Assembly (NCBI GenBank): GCA_963693365.1
Contig: CAVNZM010000008.1
Coordinates: 5,170,310 to 5,234,309, forward strand
DNA: 64,000 nt
Source of the DNA: Amoebidium appalachense
Taxonomy: Eukaryota; Protista; Ichthyosporea
Direction of reading: 5' to 3'
Under the pieces are notes generated by a model, which was not told the DNA's origin, did no database searches, and saw only the letters and a program-made list of their open reading frames with translations. The position numbers and the translations under genes are program-made. Below are positions 12,366-39,529 of the stretch, piece by piece. Position 1 is the stretch's first letter. The number at the start of each line of letters is the position of its first letter.

Positions 12366-13064
12366 TCGACACAGGATAAAGCCCGTATAAGTGAAGTAAT
12401 CGTACCCGTCCAGGTGAGTGAAAACTTTTTGAAATTACCTTTAGTACCGTAGCATTCCCGTCTTTGAGTTAAAATGTAACCCACGTCCGAGATTCCTTTT
12501 AGTGTGCTGTAGGTGAATAATAGGTGCAAAGTTTGTGTGTCGTTGGAGGGAGAAAAAACAAAAGAAAGAAAGGAAGGAAGGAAGGAAAAAGGGGGGAGGA
12601 AGGAGGAAGAGGAGGGCGGGGACAGAAAAGTGCAACGGTCGCGGTGGGCACGGTACATATGTACTGGTGAAGAATATCAAAATGAGCGATGCCACACTCT
12701 TACAGCATTTAAAGACACTGCGACCGCGGGTGAACGTTAACTGTGGAATGGGGATGTTTCTTGTTTCGGTGGTGTGGAATAAGATTCTCCTAACCTAAGG
12801 AAAAAGCAAATTTTCACGTGTTAAACAAAGCTTAATTAGTAATATCTAGTTATTCATGCATTTTTTTATGCCGTTTTGTTCCCGGAGGGACCCTTTTGGG
12901 GGCCCTCAGAGGGACTACCGTCTTCCACCCAGCACCGACTATTCTAGCTGGGGTTCTACGGTGCCATTAGCTAAGCTAATGCACCTCTACCAATCCTAAC
13001 CATTTGTACACACTTAGCCCAGGATTTTTCACCCCAGCCACACTATCTATTCAATGCATGTGTC

Positions 13065-13102
<38 letters not shown>

Positions 13103-13145
13103 TGTGTGGGTGTGGGTGTGTGTGTGGGTGTGTGTGGGTGTGTGT

Positions 13146-13179
<34 letters not shown>

Positions 13180-14480
13180 ACTTGTGTGTGTGTGCGTGTA
13201 TGTGTGTGTGTGTGTTCGGGAGAGAGCAAAGGGGGGGGGGGGGAGGTGAGAACCCCTTCTGAAATGGCCACTGTGAACCCCCCGGCCGGGGGGGGGCTAA
13301 GGGAACGGGGAGGCCGGGGAGGGGGGGAGAGGGGGGGGGGGGGGGGGGGGTCGGAATTCCACAGGAAGGGGGGAGGGGTCTGCATCTCCTCCTCCTCCCT
13401 CACACGTACACAAGCTCAATACGGACACGTCACGCGCTATGTAAACTTTAAAAAATTGCATAGATGTTTACGAACCAAGCCGTGACACGGGAAGGAGCTC
13501 TGGTTGTTGTTGTTTTTCTTTTTTCTTTTTTTTCTTTTTAGTGTTTTGTTTTGATCAATTTGTTTCATGAGCCCTAGTTTCCTTATGGGACTGATAAGCA
13601 CTGATCCATTAGCGATTAGCCTGATAAGGCAAGTGGCGCCCTATTCTCTGTGCGAGGGTGCTTTCTGATTGGTTTAGCAAGCACCAATGCTCCGTTATCG
13701 TGGCGGGAAAGCTCTCCTCGTGGTTCCAACAAGGCCCAAAAACAACTCAGAGCCAGTACAAAAGAGTAAACTGACGCGTGTGTGTTGTGTGAAGAAGTGT
13801 GTTTTAGGCAAGTCTCAGAAACAGAAAAAAAGGGCATGAGGCGAGCGCAAATTTGGGTGCAGCGGTGCTAACCTGAGTTTGAGAAACGTCTGAGGGAGAA
13901 CTTCTCGCAAAGGCTATTACGAGATCAACACCACGGTTTGTCTGGTGAGGCGGGGACCACCCTGCAGCTGGATCTAGCACATCTAATCAGGCAAGTACAG
14001 GAAAATCGGTAGGAAAGTGGCAGGTAGAAGGTAGACCATTTGTAGGCACAAACCGCAAAATGCATATACTAAGCTACAGCTTCGCCCAACGTGTTTTCAT
14101 GACCCTCCTTGTGGGCCTAAGTATGTGGAACACCTCTGGAACAGGTGTGCTCTACCCAACAGAATCTTGAGGCTCTCTTTTGTATAGTATTGGAAAAGGG
14201 TGCAAAAAGGTTTCAGCGTTGGGTATGAACTTAAATTTCAGAGGCTTCAAGGACGTAGCTCAATGTTTCCCTTTTTTTACGCAGCAAAGATCTTGTCTGA
14301 TGCATCAGCGATCCGATCCACTGGCTTTGCGCTCCTGACTTGATCGAACATCATAGAGTATGCTTGAGTTAACTTTTGTAGCTAACAGTAACATATGGTG
14401 TCTTCCAGGAGGGAGCACTTCAGCAGTGTTGGGGATCCCGTTGTAGACTCAGGGGAACCCCAGATTACCTGGAAGCTAAG

Positions 14481-28236
<13,756 letters not shown>

Positions 28237-28550
28237 CATCATTCAATTATGAAATGTTAGATAGTATTAGATGCGGGTGAGGTGGCTATATGAGATCATT
28301 ATAGTGAATGAATGATTACTACGTATTAGTAGCATAGGTGATAGACCAAGTATTATGGTGGGGTAGGGATAGGGTCGCCACCAAGCCATGTGACTTTGGG
28401 ACTTGTGTTTAGGGTTTGACATGACTGTTTTGAACTGCGATTGTATTGGTGGTATTAACAGATTTAAATATGACGTGTGATCATAGCGTGCGCACACATG
28501 TGCATCTAATATGCACGCACACGCGCGCGCGCACACGCACACACACACAC

Positions 28551-28641
<91 letters not shown>

Positions 28642-29046
28642 GTGCACGAGACAAGCACACAAATGCGACGTACACAAATGCGGCCTGAAAAATCACTTCG
28701 CGGTTTTTACATGTGTACATTATTGGTACCTGAGCTTTGCAGTGGCGCAATACCTTTGTCAATCGACCCGCACAGCTTAGAAACGAGATATTCCCTTTTG
28801 CACAAAGTTTAACCAACTAAATTAGAATACAACAAACTTTCTCGCAAAACCTTGGCCGGTGTGTTGATGTGCACGTGCCATCTGTCAAATATATCAATAA
28901 AATAAAGCTTTTATAACAAGGGATTCTTAAAAACTAGGTGGCGGGGGAGGGAGGGGGGGGGGGGGGGGAGGGAACGCCTGCCCCGGTGCAGGGGGAAGGG
29001 GGGGGGGGGGTGCTGCTTGTTGGTTATGGTGGGTCCTCCCCGCTGT

Positions 29047-29077
<31 letters not shown>

Positions 29078-29241
29078 CCCTCCTCCCCGCCCCACCCCTA
29101 CCCCCCATCCCCGCTGCCTCTCCCTACCTAGACACCTCTTCCGCCTCTCCCTGCCCACCAACTTCTTATATGCGTCTCGCGGATACCACAAACTAGGTTG
29201 GGGCAACCACTAAATTAACATACTTCCTTTTTTTGTGTGTA

Positions 29242-29277
<36 letters not shown>

Positions 29278-29284
29278 CGTGCAT

Positions 29285-29315
<31 letters not shown>

Positions 29316-29379
29316 CGTACGTGCGTACGTCAACTATTGAATTTGTGTCGTGTGTCGTCTCTCTCTCCCTCTTTCTCTT

Positions 29380-29435
<56 letters not shown>

Positions 29436-29859
29436 ACGGTACGCGCGCGCGTGTGTATGATCGCGCGAGCACATTTGTGTGCACAAGTGTGTGCGGGAAT
29501 GCATAGATGTGTGTGTTTACTAGATAGACAAGGGCGAGGAGTGCCGAGCAGGGGGGAAGAGGGGGGGGGGGAGGGGGGGGGGGAGGGGGGGGGGGGCGGA
29601 GGAGAGAGAGAAAGATAAGGGCGGATATATATCCCCTTAATCACGATAAATGGACAGCACGCACTGAGATAAGGCCGTTGTCTTTATTCATCTAACAAGG
29701 GCAGCAATTTAATCTCGACTATGCACATTGTAGGCACATGGGTTGATGATGCACTGCCAGCACCCGGACATATTATATTCTTATGCATTCGTACTTGGCA
29801 AGTTTTAGGGCAGCCATGCGATTTATCACTCATTGGGGCCGCATTCATCCGTCTCTCCC

Positions 29860-29920
<61 letters not shown>

Positions 29921-30703
29921 ACACCCCAAAAAAATAATAAAAATAAAAATAAATAAATAAATAAATTAAAAATTAAAAATAAAAACAAAAATAAAACCAT
30001 TATAGATGGCACTATTTTTCAGACCTAGCCCCCGTCAATTTGGTTAAGTTGTTGGTTTGCATGTATGAGTGTGTGCTGTCTCTCTCGACCACCTCGTGTC
30101 ATCAGAAACCAATAACATTAGTATGCTGTAAACCTCCCCCAAGTGCAACAATCACCAAAAGAGTTCCTACATGCCATTCGAGAAATAGACTCCGCCACAC
30201 AGGCCCGAGACATACTAACACGAAGCAAAAAGTGGGCTTAAGTTGCTTAACCCATTCATGCATCCCGACATTCGCATATCCACTCATAAGATGCCGTGGC
30301 TTGACAATCAATTACAGCCATGCAAACCTCAGCCTAGGCTCCGCCACTGTATGCCCACACCAGTACCCTCACCCCCCCCCCCCTTCCCCCCCCCTCCCTC
30401 CCCCCTCTTCCCCTCCTTCCCCCCCCCCCCCCCCCCCCCCCCCGGGGTGCCCTCCCCTCCCTGCAGGCCCTAACTAGCTGTAGTGCCACACAGGCACAAC
30501 TGAGATAAGCTATCTTTAAAACACTAGGGCCCAACCCTACGGCATTATATAAATCCGCTCTGAACATACTTATTGAGCAACACGCAGCTCTTTACTATGC
30601 GTATTTGTGAAATCGAAATCATGCACATGTGGTTGTGCACATCCCTCCACCCAGGCCCTGGTCATCACGTGCACACCCATGCAGGCATCTGATTGGCCCC
30701 ATA

Positions 30704-31283
30704 TCATGCGTCCAGCTCCTTTTCCAGCTGTGTCCTCACCTGGCCCACCGTGACTTTGTCCAATCCCAGCACGTAGTGGTCCTGCCCGTCCGCCCCCTGC
30801 AATAACAAATATCAGCGATCTCCCCCCCCCCCCCCCCCCCCAATAAAAACACACACACACTACCATACACACACACCCTCTCAACCCCCTCCCCCTTCTC
30901 CTCCCACTCCTCAGCCCCCACCCCCACCCCTGTGCCCTTCCCTCCTCCTCATCCCCTTCCCCCTTCTCCCCCCCCCCCCTTTTTCTCCTCCTCTCCCCTT
31001 TCCCCCCCTTCCCCTCCCCCTCCCCCCCCCCCCCCCCCCCCCCCCCCCTCCCCCGCCCTCCTCCTTCACCCACCCACACACACACACACACACATATACA
31101 CACATAGGCGCACCAACCTTCCTGACCAGCATAAGGTGGTGATCCACAAACTGTGTGGTCTGTGTTCTGAAGGTCACCATGTTGTTGACTAGAAACCTGT
31201 CTCGACACTCGCTGAAGTATTCACGCTCAGACATCCCTGCAGCAGACGGGGCGGGGGGCAAGGCGGAGGGGGAGGGGGAGGGA

Positions 31284-31321
<38 letters not shown>

Positions 31322-32179
31322 GGGGGTTGTCAGCATGCGTTATAGAGTGCGAAGTCCACGTTCATAACGGAAAGCGCAACATAGATTGCAAAGCACAGAC
31401 AAAGAGTATACCATTACAAGCGGCGGGGTGGGGGGGGGGGAGGATGGGGGGGGGGGGGTGGGGGGGGTAGAGGGGGGTCAATGTGAGCTCCCTTACCTCA
31501 TACCACTTTGGGAAGCCCCAAGAATGCAGAACAAGGGTACAAATCACAAACACACGATGCAAAACAACGAGAAACACGGTGAAGAACAACATGCAAAAGC
31601 AAACATCCAAAGTAAGCCTGCAATCAACAACAACAAGCCCTATATCAGTAGAAACTTATCTTGGAGCGCGTTTGTGTGTGGGGGTGTTTTTTTTTTTTTT
31701 TTTTTTTTTTTTTGGTGTGTGTGTGTGTGGTGGGGGGGGGGGGGGGGGGGGGGGGGGAAAGAAAGCAGGCCTACCCTGATAATCTGTGCCTGTAGCATCT
31801 GCCTGGTGCACGGCCAGCACATGGAATATAGCCCTTGCCGTAGGGTTGAGCGAACGCAAAACAACCATGGCTCGCACCCAGCCACCCTCTGCACCCGCAG
31901 CTAGCTGACTATCTTCATACTCTGTCTCGTGCTGTTGTGGTTAGGGTTAGTGATCGGAAAAAGGCATAAAAGGGACGTGTTAAGTGGCTAAGATTCGTTA
32001 GGTGTGTGTGTGTGGTGGTGGTGGGGGGGGGGGGGGGAGAGGGGGGGGGGGGGGGGGGGGGGGGGGGGAAGGCATTGGGAAGTGGTGGTGGGGAGAGGGG
32101 AGGATGAGAGGATGTGTGTGTGAGAGTGTGTGATTGAGTGTGAGTGAGAGTATGAGAGAGAGAGAGAGAGAGGAAGAGA

Positions 32180-32210
<31 letters not shown>

Positions 32211-33085
32211 TGTGTGTGTGAGTGTGTGCGTGCGTGCGTGCGTGCGTGTGTGCATGTGTGCGGGCGTGCGCGCACACGCGCGTGCGTGCGTGCGCGCGCG
32301 CGCGCGCGTGTGTGTGTGTGAGTATGTGTATTTGTTAGCGTTTCTAAGCGTGGATGTGTGCTTGTAGCATGTGGGTATCTTTCCTGTGGCGTCTATGGTG
32401 TGTGTGTGTCTGTGTGCGTGTGCTCGCGCACGTGTTTTTGTGTGTGAGCATGTGTGTGTATGTGTGTGTGTGTGTGCCTTTGCAGTGTCTATGTGTGTGT
32501 GTGTGCGCGCGCGGGCGCGCGAGAGAGAGCCACTGTATTGTCCAGCAGCTACTCCCATGCACACAGTCCATACATGCCTGTGTGGTGTTACCTTGTAAGG
32601 GCTGAATGTTGTTGTGTTGTATGAAACCCATCGGAACCTCGAGTACGTCTCTGCATCCCACACTGCACCCCCCCATACATTCAGTCACGCTGAAACATGC
32701 CCCCCCCCCCCCCCCCCATCTCCCCCTACTTCCTCCCCCCCCCCCCCCCCCCCCCCTCCCGTCCCCCTCTCCTCCCCCCCACCCCCAAAATACCGAAAGA
32801 AAAAAAAAAAAAAAAAAAAGGGCCACTTACACAGGGTTGCGTTGATGTGATCGATGGTGGCTATCAGGTGAATCTGCGGAAACGCTGCAAAAAAAGAGAA
32901 AAGAAAACGTTAGTAAAGGCATAGGGTATGAGGTGTCTAGCAAGGATGACACGGAGATAACACACGTATGCCGGTATGTGCGTGTGCAAAGGTGCGAAGG
33001 AGTAAACACACACAGATGCGCTTGTGGGTTATGGCCTATACGAACAGGCGTGTGCACTGGCATGTGCCTACACACACACATATGC

Positions 33086-33142
<57 letters not shown>

Positions 33143-33173
33143 ACACACGTACACACACACACACGTACACACA

Positions 33174-33218
<45 letters not shown>

Positions 33219-33261
33219 ACACACACACGCACAGACCCACACACCCACACCCACACACACC

Positions 33262-33292
<31 letters not shown>

Positions 33293-33387
33293 GCACGCAC
33301 AAAAACACACACATACACACCCACACCATCACACACACTGAGCGCTCGTGTGTGCGCCTGCCCACCCAGACGTGCCCCCTCCCCCCC

Positions 33388-33418
<31 letters not shown>

Positions 33419-35638
33419 GAACACACACACAAACACACACCTACCCACGCACCCACCTGCCCACCCGACGACCCACACACACACACACCTCCCACCCATT
33501 CACACACACACCCACCTAACCACCCAGAAACCCACCTTCCCACCCACACACCCAGCCATCCCCCCCCCCCCCCCCCCCCCCCCCCTCTCCCCCCTTCCCC
33601 CTCTCCCCCTCCCCCCTCCCTCCCCCCCTGGCCCCCACCCATCCACACACACACTTCCCCTCTTTCCCCTCCCTCCCCCCCCCCCCCCCCCCCCCCCCCC
33701 CCAAACACACACACACACACATACACCCACACATACATGTGCCCACCTGCCAGCATGCTCAGTATAGCCTGTGTTCGTCGTGGCCTCAATGAGGGTCCAT
33801 CGATATTGTGTACGAACAGATACAGCCGCCGCCTGCCTGCCTCCTCCTGCCCCTCTGCACACAAATCTCAGTACCTTGTCTGTGCCTTATGCCTCCCTCC
33901 CGCCCCCTCTTCCCTCCTCCCCTCCCCACATTCCCCCCCTTCTTCTCCCCCTCCCTCACTCCCTTCCTCCTTCCCACACCCTTCCTCCCCTCCAAACACA
34001 TACCACACCCCTCTGCACCCATCACTGGTTGGTCAATGTGTTTCTCTGTGTGCAGCAAGCCCAGACATGTCCGTCCCCCCCCCCCCCTCCTCCCCCTCCC
34101 CCCTTTCCCTCCAACTTCCCCCCCTTCCCCCCCCCCCCCCAAAAAAAAAAACAAAAAAACAAAAAACAAATCGCCTCCACCACCATCACCACCAACACTA
34201 CAAACCACCACCACGAAGCCGTTGATACTCCTCCCCCTCCTCCTTCCTCCCCCTCCCCCTCTCCCCCACATCCTCCCCTCCTGCCCCCTCCCCCCCCTCT
34301 AACCCACATCCCCTCTCCCCCCCCCCTCCCCCCCCCCCCCCCTCCCCCTCCCCCACCCCCACATCCCCCACGTGTAGCCACTACACCCACCTGCAGCGTC
34401 AAAGAGCGAGCGCAGGACTTTCAGCTGGTCTAGGGGGTTACGGAATGTGCCGCTGTAGCCAAACAGCTCCTGCCCAATGGTGCTCATGACCTGCAGCCAA
34501 TCAAAGTCAGCCCTGGGACACCGGCACACGTGCAAGGGGGGTACATGGCCTTATTGCAGATGCATACATGGCCACACGGGAAAGGACGACGTTGGGGAGG
34601 GGGGGGGGGGGGGGGGGGGGGGGAGGGGGGGAGGGGGGGGGGGGGGGGGGGGGGGGGGGAGGGCATATGGATGTGTTGTATGTGGGATAGGAGGAGGAAG
34701 AGACGTGGGGAAAAGAGAGAAAACGAGGAAGGAAGAGAGTAGGAAAGGTGGAGGGTGGGAGGGTAGAAGGGTGAGAGGGAGAGTACGGGGGCAGGAGCTG
34801 CAAGCCTACTTGCAAGGTCATGGCCTCCCACTTATACGTCCTGCATGCCTGTGTGTGTGTGTTATGTTTTCATGCCTGTGTGTGCCTGTACGTGTCTTTT
34901 TGTTCCTGTGTATGCCCGTGTATGCCCGTCCACGATGTGTATACATGTGTGTGCCTGCGCACGAATGTACATGATGGCCCTTTTTATGCCTGTGTGTGCC
35001 TGTGTGTGCCTTTTTGCGCTGTGTGCCTGTGTGTGCCTGCATGCATGCACCACACCCACCTGCTGCAATGACAGGGCTGGGCTGTACCCATTGACATAGA
35101 CTATGGGCCACTTGCCAAGCATGGCCTGGGCAAATCGACTAGCCACTTCCTTTTTGGACCCTAGCCCGTGTAGAAGCAGGCTGAATTGGTTGCTGGGGGT
35201 GAAGATGGGGGGTGAGAAACACGTTAACACAGACACACACACATGTGGATTGAGGTGCACACAGGTGCATGCGTACAAAGATGGGCAAATGTCTGTGCAC
35301 AGATGGACGAAAGTGTGTGTGTGAACATACACACGTGGACAAACGGGCACATTTGTGCACACTTAGAGATGCACACACCAAAAAAAACGATGCACACACC
35401 CCGGACACGGTATGCAGACACGCTCACGCACAGGTACGCGTGTACACACACACACACACACACACCCCACGTACATGCATCATACCACGTACATGCATCA
35501 CACACACCCCACACACACATCCACACACACGCATTCAAAAAGACATGCCCCCCAACTCCCCAAACACATCACACACAAGCACACAAGCACACACACATGC
35601 ACGCACGCACGCACACACGCATGCACGCACGCGCGCGT

Positions 35639-35728
<90 letters not shown>

Positions 35729-35795
35729 GCACGCACGCACGCACACGCACACGCACACGCACACGCACACGCACACGCACACGCACACGCACACA

Positions 35796-35843
<48 letters not shown>

Positions 35844-35847
35844 CACA

Positions 35848-35899
<52 letters not shown>

Positions 35900-37431
35900 C
35901 ACACACACCTGAGCTCAGCCAGCCACCTGCTATGGTAGCGGTCGTAGCTGGCCACCAGCCCCTCAATGTCCTCTGTGTAGCGCCCGGGGAGGGATGCACT
36001 GATAGTCTGAAAGGTCTGCGTGCCCACTAGGTTACCCACCATGCCCACTAGGTTACCCAACATGCCCACTAGGTTACCCACCATGCCCACTAGGTTACCC
36101 ACCATGCTCCGAGGTGTTACATGCCCTTCCACCCATCCCTGCCCCTCCCCTCCCCCCCCCCCCCCCTTGAGAAAACCATGCCTTGAACCCCCCCCCCCCT
36201 CCCCCCCCCCCCCCTCCCCGCCCCCCGCGCTCTGAGCCAAGCCTCAAGCATAAGCCCGACCGAACCGTACCCCTACCAACATGTCAACTTCCCCAGATCT
36301 TCTCTCTCTTTATTTAAATGACATTTCTAACCCACTCGTACCGCCCCACCAACATCAATCAAAGTTATCCTGTGATAGCAAACAAAAAAGATACACACAC
36401 ACACACACATATATATATATATCATTAAGCTATTAAACAACTAAAAAAGTAGGAATATATATATGTACTCATACAACATACAACAGAAACCTACCTTGGC
36501 ATCCAAACGAGGCAGTCGACTGAGTCAAGGCAGCAGATGGCCATGAGGGCAGGTTGGTCAGTAGCCTTCACCCAGCAACTACTGCACGCACACATCCAGC
36601 CACTACTGCACGCACACACCCAGCCACTACTGCACGCACACATCCGGCCACTACTGCACGCACACACCCAGCCACTACTGCATGCACACACCCAGCCACT
36701 ACTGCACGCACACACCCAGCCACTACTGCACGCACACACCCAGCCACTACTGCACGCACACACCCAGCCACTACTGCACGCACACACCCAGCCACTACTG
36801 CACGCACACACCCAGCCACTACTGCACGCACACACCCAGCCACTACTGCACGCACACACCCAGCCACTACTGCACGCACACACCCTGCCACTACTGCACG
36901 CACACACCCAGCCACTACTGCAAGCATACCTGAGGGTGTTGTCTGACGTTGCACGTGCACCCTCCCTCGTCTGCTCGGCAAAAAACTGCTGCACCCCCCC
37001 AACATCATGCCCCCTGGCCCCCAACCCTCCGTCAGTTATGCGCAGCATGTGGTGTTCTTTGGGCACCTGGTTGTGTATGTAACGACTTGTGTATGTATGC
37101 GTAAGGGTGTGTTAATATCACTTTGTGTGTGTGGGTAAAGCAGTGTGATGACTTGTGTGTGTGTGGATACGAGCGTGTTACAATTTGTGTGTGTGTGTAC
37201 GGGTGTGTGCGCACCACACACGCGTACTTATGATGTGCACAGATATGTGTGTGCTCTGGAAATCTAACATGTGTGTGTGTGTCTTAGTAACTGCAAAGAC
37301 CACCATGTGCTTTCTTGCATCCTTGTGTCAGTCCCATAGGACCCATACAAAACTTAGAACCATATGCAGGCATGTATATATATACACACGCCACAAACAC
37401 CCACACACCCACACAGAGGCGCAATTACACG

Positions 37432-37476
<45 letters not shown>

Positions 37477-37553
37477 GCACACATGCACACGTACATGCTT
37501 GCTGTGCCATCGGGTGCTGTCTGATCTTGCCCCTGCACGGTTGATTGTTAGTA

Positions 37554-37587
<34 letters not shown>

Positions 37588-37774
37588 ACCCCCCCCCCGG
37601 AGCACACACGCACATGCACACACACACACCCTGCCCGTGTCCTGGTCGTCATCTGACAACTCATCTGCCGCCTCCTCTTTGTCTTCTGCACACCCAACAG
37701 TCAGCAACCGAGCCCCCCCCCCCCTCTCCCCCCCCCCCTCTCCCCTCTCCCCCCCCCTCTCCCCCCCCCCCCCC

Positions 37775-37807
<33 letters not shown>

Positions 37808-37970
37808 AGGGGGGCCCGTTCCCTCCCCCAACCACCCACCTTTTTTCTGCTGCTGTGCTCGGGTGGCCAGTTTCGGTCGCTTTGCGGGCCCACGGAAGCA
37901 AAACATGTCCCGGGGCTGCACTACCTCGTCCTCTGCACAAACAGTTAGCAAGGAACGAGGGGCGGGCGGG

Positions 37971-38002
<32 letters not shown>

Positions 38003-38850
38003 TTGAGGGGGGGGGGGGAGGAGTGGATGGGCGGGTGGGGCGGGGGGAGGGGGGGGGGGGAGAGAGGGGAGGGGGGGAGGGGGGAGGGGAGGGGAGGGGG
38101 GAGGGGGCCACAAACACTTATGGATCGCATCTGCACAGAAACAGACAAACACAGAAAAGAAAAAAAATCCCACACAGCACACACCATGCAAACAAGCAAG
38201 TACGTATAAACACCCGAATACCCGGGCACAGACGCACAAACACAGGCATATGTGAAAAGCCAAGTATCTCCGCCTGCACATGCAATACTCACGCACACAG
38301 GTAACTTGCAGCACACACCCACGGAGAAACACATACGCACACACGCACGTCAAGCACCCGGGCGCACACACAAGGTAGACACGAACAAATGAAGCAGACA
38401 CACACACGATGCACACACACACACACATACCTAAGCAGACACACACACGATGCACACGCACACACACACCTAAGCAGACACACACACGATGCGCACGCAC
38501 ACATACACCTAAGCAGACACACACACACACACACCTGGGTCGTCCGCCGTGCTTGGCCTGTGCCTTGGAGTGTGTGCCTGCAAAGCTGGTTGGCTGCCGG
38601 TTACCTTTTTTGGTGCATCGGCCACTGCAGGGTTGTGAGGGCTCAAACATTGCCCCTCAAACTACCAGCCAGGCCGCATAATGTGTCGGGGTTACAGCGG
38701 TAGCAGGCACACGGCACAAGTTCAGAACACAAGCAGACCAACACCAAGCACACGGAGCAATGTGTCGGGCGTTGGGGGATTGGTGGTGGTGGTGGGGCGG
38801 GGAGGGGGGAGGACGGACGGAAGAGGGGAAAGGGGGGCAGGCGGCCGGGG

Positions 38851-38904
<54 letters not shown>

Positions 38905-39260
38905 GGAAGAGGGGGGAGGGGGGGGGGAGGGTAGGAGGCATACTGAGCCCCTGCACAGCAGATATAGGTATATGCGTGTGCACGTGCACGCACCTTCAGC
39001 CAGCATGCCCGTGCGCACAATCTTGCCCGCCACAAGCAGCTGGTCAGCCTCTGTCCCTGCCAACCCTTAGGTCAGTAATCCCCTACGCGCACAACCCCAA
39101 CCGGTCACACGCACACACCCTGCTGTGCGGGGCCGTGGCGTGTTCGCGCTTGCAGGGAACCTCCCGCCGTGTTTATTATGTGCGTGCCCACAGCACTGTC
39201 AGGCACGAAAACAAACGGCGCCGGGTATTCACCCGTCAGGCCTGTCTTGCGTTTGCTCAT
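30704..39260 (-). CDS. ORC2: Origin recognition complex subunit 2, multi-exon
   Basis: Exons encode FSLLLHGLGSKK...IVYVNGYSP, LYLFVHNIDGPSLR, IHLIATIDHINA-LLWD...FRWVSYNTTTFSPY, VLRSLNPTARAIF and FRTQTTQFVDHHL, all ORC2 motifs. Start MSKRKT at 39260; last exon ends VRTQLEKELDA-TGA at 30704. Confidence 0.92.
36021..36105. repeat. 21-bp minisatellite x4 (TGCCCACTAGGTTACCCACCA) at the 3' end of an ORC2 intron
   Basis: Four near-identical tandem units are visible. Confidence 0.9.
36572..36922. repeat. 24-bp minisatellite x~14.5 (CAGCCACTACTGCACGCACACACC) filling an ORC2 intron
   Basis: Near-identical head-to-tail units between the donor (36929) and acceptor (36520). Confidence 0.95.
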
Positions 39261-39488
39261 GGTGGTGGGCGGCAGCGTACTTGCGCGTGCGTGTGTGTGT
39301 TTGGTTTGCTCTTGCTGTGCTACTGGTCTGCTGCTATAGTCACAACAGTCTACTACCTCCTGCAACTTCCACAAAATAAACGTAGGGTCCAAACCGTGAC
39401 CGTGTTTCAGCTCAGTTCTGCTCAGTTCAGTCCGCGGTGTTTCATGAGGTCGCTAGTTTCGCTAAGTACTGATGACGACACAATGTAG

Positions 39489-39529
39489 TTTTGGCGCCAA
39501 CCACACCCAATCAAAAATGGCTTTGGCGC
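39489..39529. promoter_or_regulatory. Two E2F-type sites (TTTGGCGC) with a CCAAT box upstream of ORC2
   Basis: TTTTGGCGCCAA at 39489-39500 and TTTGGCGC at 39522-39529, 230-270 bp upstream of the ATG. Both match the TTTSSCGC consensus. Confidence 0.6.

Noticed and set aside
12440-12965. Possible pogo-like ends (TACCGTAG...CTACGG)
   Set aside because: The inverted match is only ~6-7 bp and the right TA is absent.
36572-36922. 24-bp repeat as a CRISPR array or repeat protein
   Set aside because: Units are head-to-tail with no unique spacers, there are no cas genes, and the array lies inside a GT-AG intron of ORC2.
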